Assembly: GCF_964355755.1 (NCBI RefSeq)
Contig: NC_092672.1
Coordinates: 5,332,001-5,396,000, forward strand
Reading direction: 5' to 3'
DNA length: 64,000 nucleotides
Source of the DNA: Antedon mediterranea
Lineage: Eukaryota > Animalia > Echinodermata
The notes under the pieces are model-generated. The model was not told the origin of the DNA. It ran no database searches and saw nothing but the letters and a program-made list of their open reading frames with translations. The translations under genes and the position numbers were made by a program. How positions within the stretch are numbered: the stretch's first letter is position 1; every line of letters begins with the position of its first letter. Positions 40,801-55,800 of this stretch are shown in pieces.

Positions 40801-43800
40801 GTATATTTATTTTTTTAATTGTATGTCTTTAGGCACATGAGGCCAAGGATTACCTATAGTAAATGAATCATTGTCCTATCAGATAGGTGGCATTCCCCCT
40901 GATACAGGGACTATTTTGTGAACCAGTTCACCAAGGTAACCTCCCTACTCGTCTCAAATGATGAACTACAGGGGCGGATCCAGGATTTTGAAATAGGGGG
41001 GGGGGGGGGGCGTAGGTTTGCGAGCGAAGCTTATAGTCCTTTACCGAGGAGACTCGTTTCACCTCCATGTCAACATAACTTTAGATCCACATTTTTTATC
41101 TTCAATTCATGCTTTTCATTATATATTATATTTATATTACACTGATGAAGGGCTGGTGTTGCCCGAAAGCTCTGCTAACTTTTCTGGCTGTTTACTTTAT
41201 CGTTTTGATTTAGCTTTTCGCTTTTTTTGTTTTTGTATCTCCATTGAGATCCAGCCACTGATACCCACAGCATTCATTTTTTTCAGTAATTTGCCTTTGG
41301 ATTTATATTTGTATATTATATATTATATGTGTGTTTTCTATTTATGTGGTTTGGAGTATTGGAGGGCCACTTTGATAGTGCTTGAACTGTTGGCAATCCT
41401 CAGGGTACTCCATTCACACTTGTTTGTATAATGTGGTTTGGAGTATTGGAGGGCCACTTTGATAGTGCTTGCACTGTTGGCAATCCTCGGAGTACTCCAT
41501 CCACACTTGTTTGTATAATGTGGTTTGGAGTATTGGAGGGCCACTTTGATAGTGCTTGCACTGTTGGCAATCCTCGGAGTACTCCATTCACACTTGTTTG
41601 TATAATGTGGTTTGGAGTATTGGAGGGCCACTTTGATAGTGCTTGCACTGTTGGCAATCCTCGGAGTACTCCATCCACACTTGTTTGTATTTATGTGGTT
41701 TGGAGTATTGGAGGGCCACTTTGATAGTGCTTGCACAGCACTGTTGGCAATCCTCGGAGTACTCCATTCACACTTGTTTGTATAATGTGGTTTGGAGTAT
41801 TGGAGAGCCACTTTGATAGTGCTTGCACTGTTGGCAATCCTCGGAGTACTCCATCCACACTTGTTTGTATAATGTGGTTTGGAGTATTGGAGGGCCACTT
41901 TGATAGTGCTTGCACTGTTGGCAATCCTCAGAGTACTCCATCCACACTTGTTTGTATAATGTGGTTTGGAGTATTGGAAGGCCACTTTGATAGTGCTTGC
42001 ACTGTTGGCAATCCTCGGAGTACTCCATCCACACTTGTTTGTATAATGTGGTTTGGAGTATTGGAAGGCCACTTTGATAGTGCTTGCACTGTTGGCAATC
42101 CTCAGAGTACTCCATCCACACTTGTTTGTATAATGTGGTTTGGAGTATTGGAAGGCCACTTTGATAGTGCTTGCACTGTTGGCAATCCTCAGAGTACTCC
42201 ATTCACACTTGTTTGTATAATGTGGTTTGGAGTATTGGAAGGCCACTTTGATAGTGCTTGCACTGTTGGCAATCCTCAGAGTACTCCATTCACACTTGTT
42301 TGTATAATGTGGTTTGGAGTATTGGAGGGCCACTTTGATAGTGCTTGCACTGTTGGCAATCCTCAGAGTACTCCATTCACACTTGTTTGTATAATGTTGG
42401 TTTCTTTCTGTTTGTGTACCTGGAAATTGAATAAATAAATAAATAAAGGTAATAATATCATAAGCAAGATGAGTTAATAGTAGTCACAGGAAAAGATAAC
42501 ACTTTTGGATAAATAATATTAAATAACTTTATTTATACACGACACTTGCAGCTGAGCAACTTGTTTTTCAATAAGGCCATGCTCAAACGAAAAAACAAAT
42601 AGAAATTTAAAGTTTTTTATAGTTACAGAAAAGAAAACCAAAATAATCCTTAGTAATTCAAATATTGTTTTGAAAAAAACCCTTTTTTCAGGTTGTTTTT
42701 AGTATTTTTTATAGATTTTTTTTTGCAGATAATTTCTTACAATATAAATATAAATTGAACTAAAATAACCTTTGGAGATTCATATTAAAATGACTTTATT
42801 GTTATTTTTACAATTCGTTTTTTTATTACCGGTATTTATAATATAAATGTGAAATTGTAAAACTGAATCAATATATAGTAAACGCTTTTTTATTGCGACT
42901 TTTTTATTGCGACTTTTTTTTTATTATGTACGTGACATTACAAAGAATTTTGTAACTGGATGTACAGCATAATAATCTGATAATTGTTAATGTCAATCTC
43001 TTCAAATCATTTTGTTGCTTAGCAGTGTAAATAAATTCATTAAATTGTGAAATATAAAAATTACATTATTATTAATAGACGACATAACAAAGAATGTAAT
43101 TTCAACCCTAATTACGATATCTATAATAAAATAATAATTGCTGTACGGTACACAATTTGCTACAAATAAATAACCCAATACATGTTGATTATTGTCAATT
43201 GAATACTGTTTCTTAATTGTTTTGTTTAATCAAATTTATTCATTTTACTAGGCATTTATTAAAGAGTACGGTCAAAGTTCAGAGGAGGAGGAAGAAGACG
43301 ATACAATGATGCATGTTGGGAAGGGTTTTTATCTGCATAGAGATCTGTATTTAAAGTTGTATCCTCACCAGAAGGAAGGGGTACTATGGTTTTGGCGTCT
43401 CCACAGGAAAAACAAGGGAGGAATTTTGGGTGACGATATGGGGTAATTTTATAAATAAGATTTTCCCTTTTTGATGATCCAACGATAATATTGAAACATT
43501 TTTTTGCTCTTGCTGTTAGAGCTGTTTGATCCATCAACTTAACGTAACACTTGTTGAACGCCAATGTTTCGTTTCACAATGCCCCACACATGCTAATTGA
43601 TATGCGCGTAGCCGCATGAAAACAAAACGTTTACGTTTGATTTGCCAGAAGCCAGAACAGGTGTGAAAGACCCTTTAGTCATGAGTGAATTTATGCACCT
43701 TGTGAATGGTTCCGTGAAATCTCACTTTTGATGTAGGGCTATTGAAAGTTTTCCAAAATGGAGGGGTTTTAGTAGGGTTGTTATAAATCCTATAATCAAA

Positions 43801-46800
43801 ATTACAAATGAGAGACAATTTCATCTGTCTACACTATCAAACTTTATGCCACAAAAAATGTGATGTGCCCATATGATATGATGATGTCATCACTACCATA
43901 TTTAGGCACATCACTACCATATTTGGGTGGATTACACTTTTTTGTCAAACTAGTTTGATAGTGTAAACAGTGCTTTATCTTTATCTACAGACTTGGTAAG
44001 ACCATTCAAGTGGTTTCATTTTTAAGTGGACTCTTTGACGCCGATGAGGTCAAGTCTGTCATGATTATTCTGCCAGTTGCACTGATTATTAACTGGGAGA
44101 GAGAGTTTGAAAAATGGTAAGTTTAAAATAAAGGATTGGTTTTTAAAAAGTATTTATTTAATTTAATGTAAACAATTAAATTAGAATTATATAAAAACTG
44201 AATCCTCTAAAAATTGTATTACAGGATCATGTCAAAATTTATTCCAGTACCGTTAATACTGCATATATATATATTTTTTTTTTTTACTGTAATGATATTG
44301 AATTTTCCTTAAAAGGCAGTCACTGTGTATGATCATCCAAAAAATACCTTGCTATTCAATTGCATAAACTGGATAAGTAAACAAAATATTGTTAGAATAT
44401 TTTGTTATCTCGCTGTTCCCTATCTTTCGACCGTAACTTTGTATAAGAAAGCTCAGACTCGATTGTTTAAGGTTTATTATTTAATTACCCTATCTGGGAA
44501 TACCGGGTGCTGCATATGAATCTGGGGTCATTTGAAATCAGCTGACTCTTATGGCAGCCCCTACATCTAGTATGCCTCTCCTCTGGTTATGGTGGGCACT
44601 GGACCGGTTAAGCCCTTGGTCAATGTTAGAACCAGCCAAAGGTGCTTTAAACAGTCCTGTCTTAGTTATCATTCAGATGAATGCAAGACTAATTGACATT
44701 GTCGTTTACGACAGAAGTCGGCCATATATCTGCAGTAGTACCAGTACAATTTCTTCTTCTTGTCTCCTACATCTTTTGCATTGAACTGCGTGATTAGTGA
44801 AATGAAAGGCAACCCTTCCTGTATTTTTGTATCAAGGAATATTAAACACTTAATTGTCGTACAGGGCACCTGGAATTAGAGTTGAATCATTTCATACGGA
44901 TAGCAAACGTCAACGACAGAGGGTGCTTGAGAAGGTTCAGCGACGTGGCGGTGTCCTACTCATTAGCTATGGACTGGTGGTGACAAATTGTGATAACCTG
45001 AAAACAAAAGATGGCTATTCATTTACCTGGGTAAAATACATTATATATAGTTTATGCTTTTTTTAACACATTAAATATTTTAGTATATTACAATACAAAA
45101 AAGGGAACATGGGGAAAAAAAATTGGTAGGCTGATAAGTACGACAAGATCAAGTGATGTCAAAAATTGTACGATGTCAATGGATTTTTGAAAATATCAGA
45201 ATCATCGAAGATGGTATAAATGGTTATCCTGAAGTTGTAGGATGAAAACCAATTTCTTTTTTATACAGTAATTAATTATTATTATTATTAATCATTGTCC
45301 ATTATATTCTGTAGTATAAACAGGCATTTAAAGAAATATTACTTTATTACAGTATCCATATAAAAGTACTGTTGAAGTATGATTTTGCAATACTTTATTT
45401 ATAATTATAATGTTGGGCATGTGTACTTACAAAATGAATGTTGAACCTTATTACCTTACCTTACAGTAGTACACAAGCTGTCATCAATAAGTGATTTCAT
45501 ATCCACTAATGGGTTTGTTCTGAATAGAGAAATATTGAATGTTCATCATTCATAATATTGATCACAAAGTTAAATTTGAAAAACTCTGGTCATTTAGTGT
45601 ATGAATTGATTTTATTTAGCATGTTATTGTTTACATTCGTCTACTAAAAGACAAGTTATTGATTTAGTGCATTTAATACATATACCATGGAGGAAATCCT
45701 CCATGCATATACACATAATAATTACAGTTACTAATACAATATTATCAAATCGGTGCCAGTATTCACTAACATGAGATATTTCCTTTAAAAGCTAAGAATT
45801 AGTCCTGTACTGAAAATAGTAAAAATCGTAGTGGAGCTGTAGCTTGGTGGTTAAACATGCTTGCCTTCAAATTCCAGGGTCAATCCTGACCTAGTGCTAG
45901 GGTTGTAACTGTAACTTTTTCAACTTCACTTCCTACAGTAAGCCTCAAATAGTACCCTTTTTACACTATCGACTGAGAGAGGAACACGAGTTGAACTCGG
46001 AGGCAATTTCCATTTACACTAGCCAAAAAAACTGCGAGATGAACTCGAGTTGCGCCCATTTACACTACATCGATCACCCCGGTGCTGTCAATCAAATCAC
46101 TATTGCAAGCGCACACGTGGAACTTAACTGACTAATGGTTTAAATGTTAAAATACTGGAACATATCGACAAATCTCATATAAAAACATAATAATCCGAAT
46201 TTACACACAATATATTTAATTTTGAATGTAGTCAGTGTTATATTTTCTTTGTGGCTATTAAGATTATCATTTATTATTTTAAAAATTAGGGCCTAACAAT
46301 TATTTTTCTTTTTAAAATGACTGCATTTCCGCCTTGTAGACTGTACGTACAAATAGGCCTTAAATTGTTAGGTTGGCGTAAAAATAGGGTAGGTATGGTA
46401 AGTATTTAAAATAAAAAATGTATTTGTTAATTAGCATACAATGTATCAATGAAGGAAAATTATTATATGGTAGGCCTACTTTTTCAGTTCCTAAAGACGT
46501 CAGTATTATATATATTTTTCCCTTTTTCAATAATTAGGCCTACATAGAATCGGCCAGGGTAGAGTTACACCAATATTACATTATTTTAGGCTTTCTGGTA
46601 AGGTAGAATGTACACGAACAATTTTAATATTTTTAAGCAGAAAAAAGATCACAAATTTGTTTTTGCCTTTAAATATAAATAAATAATAAAATAACGAACA
46701 GCACAATATATCGTACAATTATTATTTTAAGCAAAAAGGGTGTATTTTAAGCAAAAAACCTATTTTGTTTGCATAATATATTGTATTTCTGTGACAAAAT

Positions 46801-49800
46801 GTTACATTTTTACGTCAAAAACCTTTAACAGCTCGGTGTTGAACCACAAAAACCGTTTACACTTCGTGCCCCGGTGTAGATTCGACTACACCGGAGAAGG
46901 TACACCGGAAAACATTCAGCTTTGTTTCACCCCGGGGAGAGCACACCAGGGTGGTTGGATTTTCCCATTTACACCAGTCAATAAAAACCACAACACCGGC
47001 GTTTAACGACTGCGGGGTTACACCGCTGTTACAGTGATAGTGTAAAAGGGGTATAAGAGATAAAATAGTTTATTCATCCTGTAATTGGCGAGTTGCTCGC
47101 AGTTGGATGCGCATGAAATAAACAATGAAGAAAATCCTTAAATGGTTTCAATGTTTTGTTTCAGGACTATGTGATACTAGACGAGGGACACAAGATTAAG
47201 AATCCTACAAAAACCACAAAAGCAGTTCATGCTATCGCTGCCCAGCATCGCTTCATCCTCTCTGGTACACCAGTACAGAACAATTTAAAGGTAGGCCTAA
47301 GTGTCGCATAACGTTTGGATGTTTCTTAATAAACTGGTTAACAGCAGAAACTGAAAGTCAATCAAAAATCTTGGATAACTATTTTCGAAAGATTCCTTGA
47401 GTCTCTCTTTTCCCACCAGAGCTTATAGGGTTATCCTCTTGCTCTCATCCTGTAATTTGTATATATATGTATATATATTTGTAATACTGTATTGTATTTG
47501 ATGAATGAGAAACAAATAAAAAACAAACAAATATAAAAAATTACTCATAATAAAAATACTGTAGTCATCTTTCAACATGAATAACATAATGAAAACATTT
47601 CTTCTGGTTTCGATTCGTATAATAATATAAGTAGTTCTTTGATAGTAAACCAATAAAACTTACGTTGGCAAGACAGTTTCGTCTAGCTGTCAGCTTGACT
47701 TCTTCAGTTGCTATGATGCGTTATGGCGCCGATTGGTCTCCTTTCCAGCCACTAGATGATTTTGTTGTGTAGCCTAGGGGACCAGTCGTCGTCAGAAGCT
47801 GATCGTAAATGTGAGATAGTTGGTGCGCGCCTTCGTCTCTATTCATCTTTGTATTTTTATTTTGCTTTCTTATGCTGATGCTTTCTTTAATTTTACGTTT
47901 AAGCCAAACTTGTTCTTTGTGTAGTACCTCTATCTTATCCCAGTTAGGTATGTGGTTGTGTGTGGTCATATGGTCCGTGATTGCTGATTTATGTAAAATG
48001 GAGGACGAAACTTTCCGTGATGCACGCGTCTGCATGTTCTGTGTGTTTTCCTCAACATCTTTCTTGTGCTCTTTAATTCTGGTTTTGAGTGCCCTACCCG
48101 TTTCCCCAATGTACACCATCTCACAGTTGGTGCACCCCACTTTGTAGACGACACCACAGGAATCCTCTTTGCATGCTTTATCTTTCGGTCGGACGATTAA
48201 GTTTTTAATTTTGTTAGATGGTTTAAAGTATGTTCGTATGTTATATTTTTTAAATGTTCTCTTGATTTTCTCTGACATATGGATATGCTAATTTTAGTTG
48301 ATGGGGAAGGCAACATCAACACTAAAGTTTTTAGGAAAGCCACCCACACAAATCAATACTTGGACTTTAACTCACATCATCCTCTACAACACAAGTTATC
48401 CGTTATCCGCACACTTCTACACAGATGTAACACGATAATCACAAATAATCCAGACAAACAGAACGAAACTGAGATGATACATACTTCACTTAAACAATGC
48501 AACTACCCTACATGGACGATTAGAAAGGTACAACGTAACCTAGAAAAACAAAAAACGGACAAACAACCCGAAACAGAAGATATAAGAGGGTCGATATCCA
48601 TCCCATATATTCAAGGCCTGTCAGAGAAAATCAAGAGAACATTTAAAAAATATAACATACGAACATACTTTAAACCATCTAACAAAATTAAAAACTTAAT
48701 CGTCCGACCGAAAGATAAAGCATGCAAAGAGGATTCCTGTGGTGTCGTCTACAAAGTGGGGTGCACCAACTGTGAGATGGTGTACATTGGGGAAACGGGT
48801 AGGGCACTCAAAACCAGAATTAAAGAGCACAAGAAAGATGTTGAGGAAAACACACAGAACATGCAGACGCGTGCATCACGGAAAGTTTCGTCCTCCATTT
48901 TACATAAATCAGCAATCACGGACCATATGACCACACACAACCACATACCTAACTGGGATAAGATAGAGGTACTACACAAAGAACAAGTTTGGCTTAAACG
49001 TAAAATTAAAGAAAGCATCAGCATAAGAAAGCAAAATAAAAATACAAAGATGAATAGAGACGAAGGCGCGCACCAACTATCTCACATTTACGATCAGCTT
49101 CTGACGACGACTGGTCCCCTAGGCTACACAACAAAATCATCTAGTGGCTGGAAAGGAGACCAATCGGCGCCATAACGCATCATAGCAACTGAAGAAGTCA
49201 AGCTGACAGCTAGACGAAACTGTCTTGCCAACGTAAGTTTTATTGGTTTACTATCAAAGAACTACTTATATTATGAATAACATAGAATATTTCTGATATT
49301 TTACAAATTTATTTTTCATGTATTAATTCTCTATACGATTATTTCATAATAATTTATTATTTTCATAGGAGCTATGGTCACTTTTTGACTTTGTCTGTCA
49401 AGGAACACTGCTTGGCACTAGACAGACATTTTGTTCAATGTATGAAAACCCAATCACAAGGGTAAGTGTATGATAATTTCTGTATGATATATTTCTAAAG
49501 CTCTGTCTACACTATCAAACTTTATGTGACAAAAAAAGTATGATGTGCCCAAATATGGTAGTGATATGACATCATCGTGTCCATATATGAGCACATCAAA
49601 TTTGTTGCCACAAAGTTTTATAGTGTAGACAAAGCTTTAGTTAATATAAGTCAAACTTAACTTAACTCCATTTATATACATATATCTAATTTATATTTTG
49701 ATAATATATATTTTAATATTAGGCAAGAGAAAAATGTGGTACTGCAAGCGAAAAGCTTCTTGGTAATGAAATGGCAGAAAGTTTACGAAGACTGATAGCG

Positions 49801-52800
49801 CCGCACTTTCTTCGTAGAACCAAAGCAGATGTTAAAAAGCAAGCACTTAAAAATGATGACACGGATAAACCAGAAAGGTAGTAGCTGTTTAATTCATTCA
49901 TATTGAATACATAACATCTAGTTGAATGTCAACCATGCTGTAGAAATTATAAATGTTAAATTGAATAACCATGTTAAATGTTCTCTTCTCAGAGGTGCAG
50001 AGATGCCAACATTAACCCGCAAAAATGATCTCATAGTGTGGATGCATTTGTCACAGACACAAATCCAAATTTATCAAGAATTTGTTAGTCTAGATCGTGT
50101 CAAAGAGGTAAGGTTCAATCCTTTAGCTTGAAAGCTACTAAACTCTTGACAACTGATCCAGCAGTAATGATATACAGTAGATAAAGGTTTATTGTCACCA
50201 TGACCAACCATTCTATTGACATCCATCTGGCCATATTCACCATTCGCACTTGGGCTAAGGGAAACACGTACCCTTATCATAAAACAAATCTCCTATCTAA
50301 GTGAATACAATTTATGGGAAATACTTAAATATTTATTAAGTTACTGTAAGTGAAAATCTTAACATTTAAGGGAAATATCTCACTTAAGTGTGATTGGTGA
50401 ATACAGCTACTTAATGGCTGTATGGGAACTGAACTTTCAAAATTCTATGTTACTGTAGTTATTGATGATTTGTTGAAGAAAAACTAAATTTTAATTTGCG
50501 TTGTTCTTTTCAGTTATTGATGACCACAAGATCTCCTTTGGTTGAATTGACAATTTTGAAGAAGATTTGTGATCACCCTCGACTATTGTCCACTATGGCT
50601 TGCCAACAGCTGGGACTGGAAGAGTATGTTTACTGTAAAATTGCTTATGTTGATATTCACAAACTGGGACACATTTGACATAACATGCTGTCATGCAGTA
50701 TTGCATGTGTGTATTGTAAAACCTTAAAAAGAAACCCACCCAAGAGTCCTAAAACATTGGCTGCCTTTCAAGACTACTTTTGCAAACTAATGAGGGGCCT
50801 TCTTTTCAAGATCTGGTTTCTTTTCAAGAGAGCTCTTTTCGAAAAGAAGCCCAGTTTCAAAGTTTACAGTATGATATTTAAGGCTTAGCAAAATTGGTTT
50901 AGTTGACAAAAATAGCTTGTTTTGCGTTTAAAAGTCTTTAAAAATTTGTTTTTTCTCTTACGACCAGATTCTTGGAAGTAGATGAGTCCCGGCAGAAGGA
51001 ATGCGCTGCCAACTTTGCCAATCATATCCCTGACAATGTGCTTCTAGAAGAGTCTGGTAAACTCCAGTTTCTTATGGGCCTCTTGGAGAAACTCTGCAGT
51101 GAAGGTCACAGAACATTGGTGTTTAGTCAGTCGCGTAAAATGTTGGATATTATACAAAAATTATTGTGGAGTAGAGTAAGGCCTTTAAACAATGAATCTT
51201 TATTTCTTGTATTTTTACACACATTTTAACTGTTTTTGCCCTCTAATGGGATAAACAAATATTTATGATATTGAAAAATACAGTTTTATGACTATCGGCA
51301 TGGTCAACAGTGCATGTCATTTAATATTTGCTATTGGCATGATTGACAGTGCATCTAAAACCTTGTTTTCTATCGGCATGGTTGACCATGTGCATAGTTC
51401 ACAGATAAATGACAATAGATGCAGCAGATAGGAAACAAATTTGACGCATGGTCAACTGTGCCTATAGAAAACATTATATTATGTGCACAGTTAACTGTGC
51501 AGATAGCCTCATCCATATTTTTATTAACTTTAGGATATAAAATTTCTACGTCTTGATGGTACAATAAGGAAACTAGAAGAACGTGAAAAGCTTATCAAAT
51601 CTTTTCAAGAAAACGATGTGTACTCTGTGTTCCTTCTTACGACACAAGTTGGAGGTGTGGGCTTGACACTGACAGCTGCTGACAGAGTGGTTGTTTGTAA
51701 GTTTAAAAAATGTAGTTATATAGTAGTGCAGCTGTAGCTTGGTAGTTATCGTGCTTGCCTTCCAATCCCAAGGTCCAGGGTTTTATCCTTACCTAGTGCC
51801 AGGGTTGTAACTAGTGACTCCTTCAACTCCACTCCCTAAGCCTCAAATGAGACTTAGTTTATAAGCATGATGAATTATAAAATAATTAATCCATCCTGTA
51901 ATTGGCAAGTTACTTGCTGTTGGATGTATAGACAAGTATGGCACTTGGGAGTGCTTTCAATTTGTGATGACCTAGTTCCGTCACTTGTTTTTGTCTTATT
52001 CTGTTTTTTTTTAACCCAAAATGTATAGTTGATCCGCACTGGAACCCGGCGACTGATAACCAAGCCGTAGATCGAGTCTATCGTATTGGTCAGACTCGCT
52101 CCGTCGTAATTTATCGTCTTATAACCTGCGGAAGTGTCGAGGAAAAGATATACCGACGACAAGTTTTCAAAGATTCGATAACACGTCAGACTACTGGTGA
52201 CACCAAGAACCCTTACAGATACTTTACAAGACAAGAGCTACATGAGCTCTTTGTACTGGATGATCCTAAGGTGTCCACTACTCAACAACAACTGGAGGAA
52301 CTCCACACTGGACATAGAGTTACTGACCCTGACCTGGATGACCACATTGCTTATTTGTACTCACTTGGTAGGAACTTTATTTTTATTTTATTTTTTTTAT
52401 TTTTTTGTTATTTAGCCTGGTTAATTCATTTGGTTCTGGTAAACAAAGATTCATAAAATATGTTAAAAAAGAAAACAAAAAATACAAGAAGCACAACAAT
52501 CTAAAATATGTTAAAATAAACTAGTGCTCGAAACAAATAGCACAGCAATAAAATTCATAGAGAATCTTAAAAAATGTTGTTAAAAATACACAAGCTCATA
52601 TTGCACAGCATCATCTTATCAAGAGTACCATTATTGGATTTAAATGCAGTAGCAATATATGGTTTATTATAGTGCTCAATATTTATTGAAATTGCATTTC
52701 AAGATTAATATCTGGTTTTATTGTTTATCATATTCAATTGGCAAAATAGCATCAAATAAATGCGAGAATAAAAAATACATTTAAATTACTATTTTCCAAC

Positions 52801-55800
52801 ATTAGTTTGGTGTATAGCCAACTCACCAACTAAAACTTGTGTTTTTTAGGTATTTTTGGCTTAAGTGACCATGACTTGATGTTTTCACAAGAGGCGGCTC
52901 AAGAATCGGCTGAATCACATGAAAATGAAAACACATATATACATGAAACAGTGAGTAAAACATGGTCTTTTTTTTTTTCAAATAAGTTAAGCAATGTAAT
53001 TATTATTATTTTATCTTTGACAATAAAGATATATGTGAATGCTACCAAATGAGTTCAAAAACATAGTAAAACCTCTATTAAGGGGACACTGTCTTGTGAA
53101 ATGAACGAAGGGTATTATAGTTTTTTAAAATATTGCCAATCCTATTCAGGAGACACCTATTAAGAGGACACTTTCTTGTGAAACAAACAAGAGGCAATAT
53201 GTGTAGTGACTTAAACTTAAACTTTTATTCTGTTTAAAAGAATGTAAAACTAAAAATACTGCCAATCCTATTCAAGAGACACCTAATAAGGAAACACTTT
53301 GTCTTAAAAATGTCCCTTTAATGGGGTTCTACTATATATTATGATAATATGAATGTCAATAATTTCTATTTGAATTTTTGTAGGTCCAAAGAGCTCAAAC
53401 CTTAGTGGCCAGTGAGTGTCAACTAACGCAACAAATCAAAGAACATTATTCTGGTCAAAACGACGACGGTCAAGAAAACCAACTCTCTACTGGTCAATAC
53501 CGTGACCGATTCTCTCTGATGAATCAATTGTCCAGAATGCAAGGGAAGGATGTTCCTGAGCCACCTCCTCCTAAGGCTAGAGCACCACCAACGACTACTG
53601 TACCCGTAAACCTTCCATGTAAGTTATACACATTGAACAGGTGAATGATTTTTAGAAGGAGGATAATGATAAATAATAATAATCAAGGTTTATTTATTTC
53701 AATTGTTCTTGCAGTTAAAAAAAACCCTGAATTACAACAATCATGACAATTTATAAAAATTTGATAAATAATATAACAACATTTAACATTAAAATTATCA
53801 TCTCCATTAATCAACACTATACAATTAAACAGAAATTTGGAACTGTCTGATATTATACAGATATTGACTGCTTAGAGGTTGGCGCTTCGGGAAATATATA
53901 TTCCCTCGAACTTAATATCATTCCCTCGGGGATGTCAAATCTTATATTTAACCGATATAAAAGGCAATATCTGTTATATTATATAGCCAAGAACAAGTCT
54001 GCTGGGTTGGGTGAAGCTAGGCTAGGCCTCCTATAGTATTTGTATTGTATTTAAACAAGCCTGCCTAGACACCTGACCTTGCGAAGAATAATATACAGAT
54101 AATTACTAATTAATGATTCCTTGGCAATAAAATATTCACTTAGGCCTAGGTCGTTTAAATTAACAGGAGAATTTCCATCAATAAGCCTATTAATAATAAT
54201 ATTATAATCAGGTAGACCGAATAAACAATTCGTCTTCTTCTCGATCTCGAGGAGCCGAATCACCGGATGTTCAGCGCGTACTAATAACAAATGAGGGCGC
54301 TATATATGCATAGCTTAAATAGTTTAGAAGATCAATTACTTCAAGCAAGTTTCGTGGCGCAGCGGTTGAAACGTTGTCTTGTGATAGAGTGACAATTGCA
54401 TCGCAAGTTCAAGATCAGTAGATGACTTTTGTTTATTTATCGGCAAACTCGAGTGTTGCACACGAAAATTACACAGTCAATATCATCGTACTCGAGAATT
54501 TATATGATTAATGACAGGGGACACAATTATTACGCGAAAATTACACAGTCAATATCATCGTTCTCGAGGATATATACGATTTACGATCCTCGCAGCGGTA
54601 GTCATGTGATGCAGTTTCAACCAATCACGTTCGCGTATTTACATAGGCTATGTAATATTGAATAATATTGCCCCGCGAATATGAATTGTAGTAAATTGCA
54701 TTAGGCCCGCTGATGGTGGGAGTATTAATGATGATCCCTATTAAGGGACCCAACATTTGGGTTGATCATAGAAACTCTTGTTAATTTCATTGGAAAAAGT
54801 CCCTTTTGTAGGGGTGTCACCTGAATAGAGCTGTCCAAAACAAGTGGTTTTAGTGTATAACTTGTTATATTTCACTGTTCAATTGTTTTCTTTTGCAGAT
54901 AGTAACAATATTGACATGGTAAATGTCAACTTTGATGCAAAGGAGATTTCAGATGAAGATTTAAACAAAACAATGGAAAGCCTTACTCTAACGGTATTGT
55001 GATACAAGATATTCCATTTATTATACTGTATTTATGACTGTATATATATATAGACCGGGCGGTTTAGAATAATTGTTCTGTGCCTGTTTATATATTGAAA
55101 GATAAAAGTAATTCATTTATTCATTCATTTAATCTTTTATTTCTGGTCCATAGAAAGTAAATTAATAAAAAATAAACAAGACTGTACTAATTACTACTAC
55201 TCATCTTATACCCCTTTCACACCAAAACTCCGGAGTGTCTCCGGAGACACCCCGGGGTTTATGACCATTCAAAACGTTGAGAAACTCCGGAGATACCCCT
55301 TTCACACCAACCTAGCAACACCGGGGTTTATAAAATAAAATTGTAAATGTCGCCCTCTATTTTGTTTGTTTACATAGCGACGATCATTAGAATCATTTTA
55401 ATTAATAATATTTTAAATTTAATAATTACTTTCAAAAGTCTCAGAAGTAATATAATGTTTTATTTATACTACTTATTATTTTCTAGATCCGCTATATATT
55501 TTTTACAAATATTTATAGTGTTTTAAAATAAAACTAAATAACTAATTGATTGCGAGGATAACCTTTTGACCCGAAACACTCCGGAGTTTGATGTTGGTAC
55601 CTTTCACACCAAAACACCGGGGTGTCCCCGCAGTTCGCTCTCCGGAGAATGTTCAGCTGTTCAACCCCGCAATTTTAAACTCCGGAGTTGCTTGATTTTA
55701 CCTTTCACACCAAACAGCGGGGCGTCAACTCCGGGGTGTCTCCGGAGTTTTGCTTTTGGTGTGAAAGGGGTAAATGGATGACATTCCACATCTTGGTGGA

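Noticed and set aside
41338-42438. CRISPR array or 331-aa repeat protein
   Set aside because: Head-to-tail units without unique spacers, in a eukaryotic intron; the ORFs arise from the 87-bp (29-codon) period.
47721-48278. Independent GIY-YIG nuclease gene
   Set aside because: Inverted copy of the Penelope 3' part; its ATG is created at the junction.
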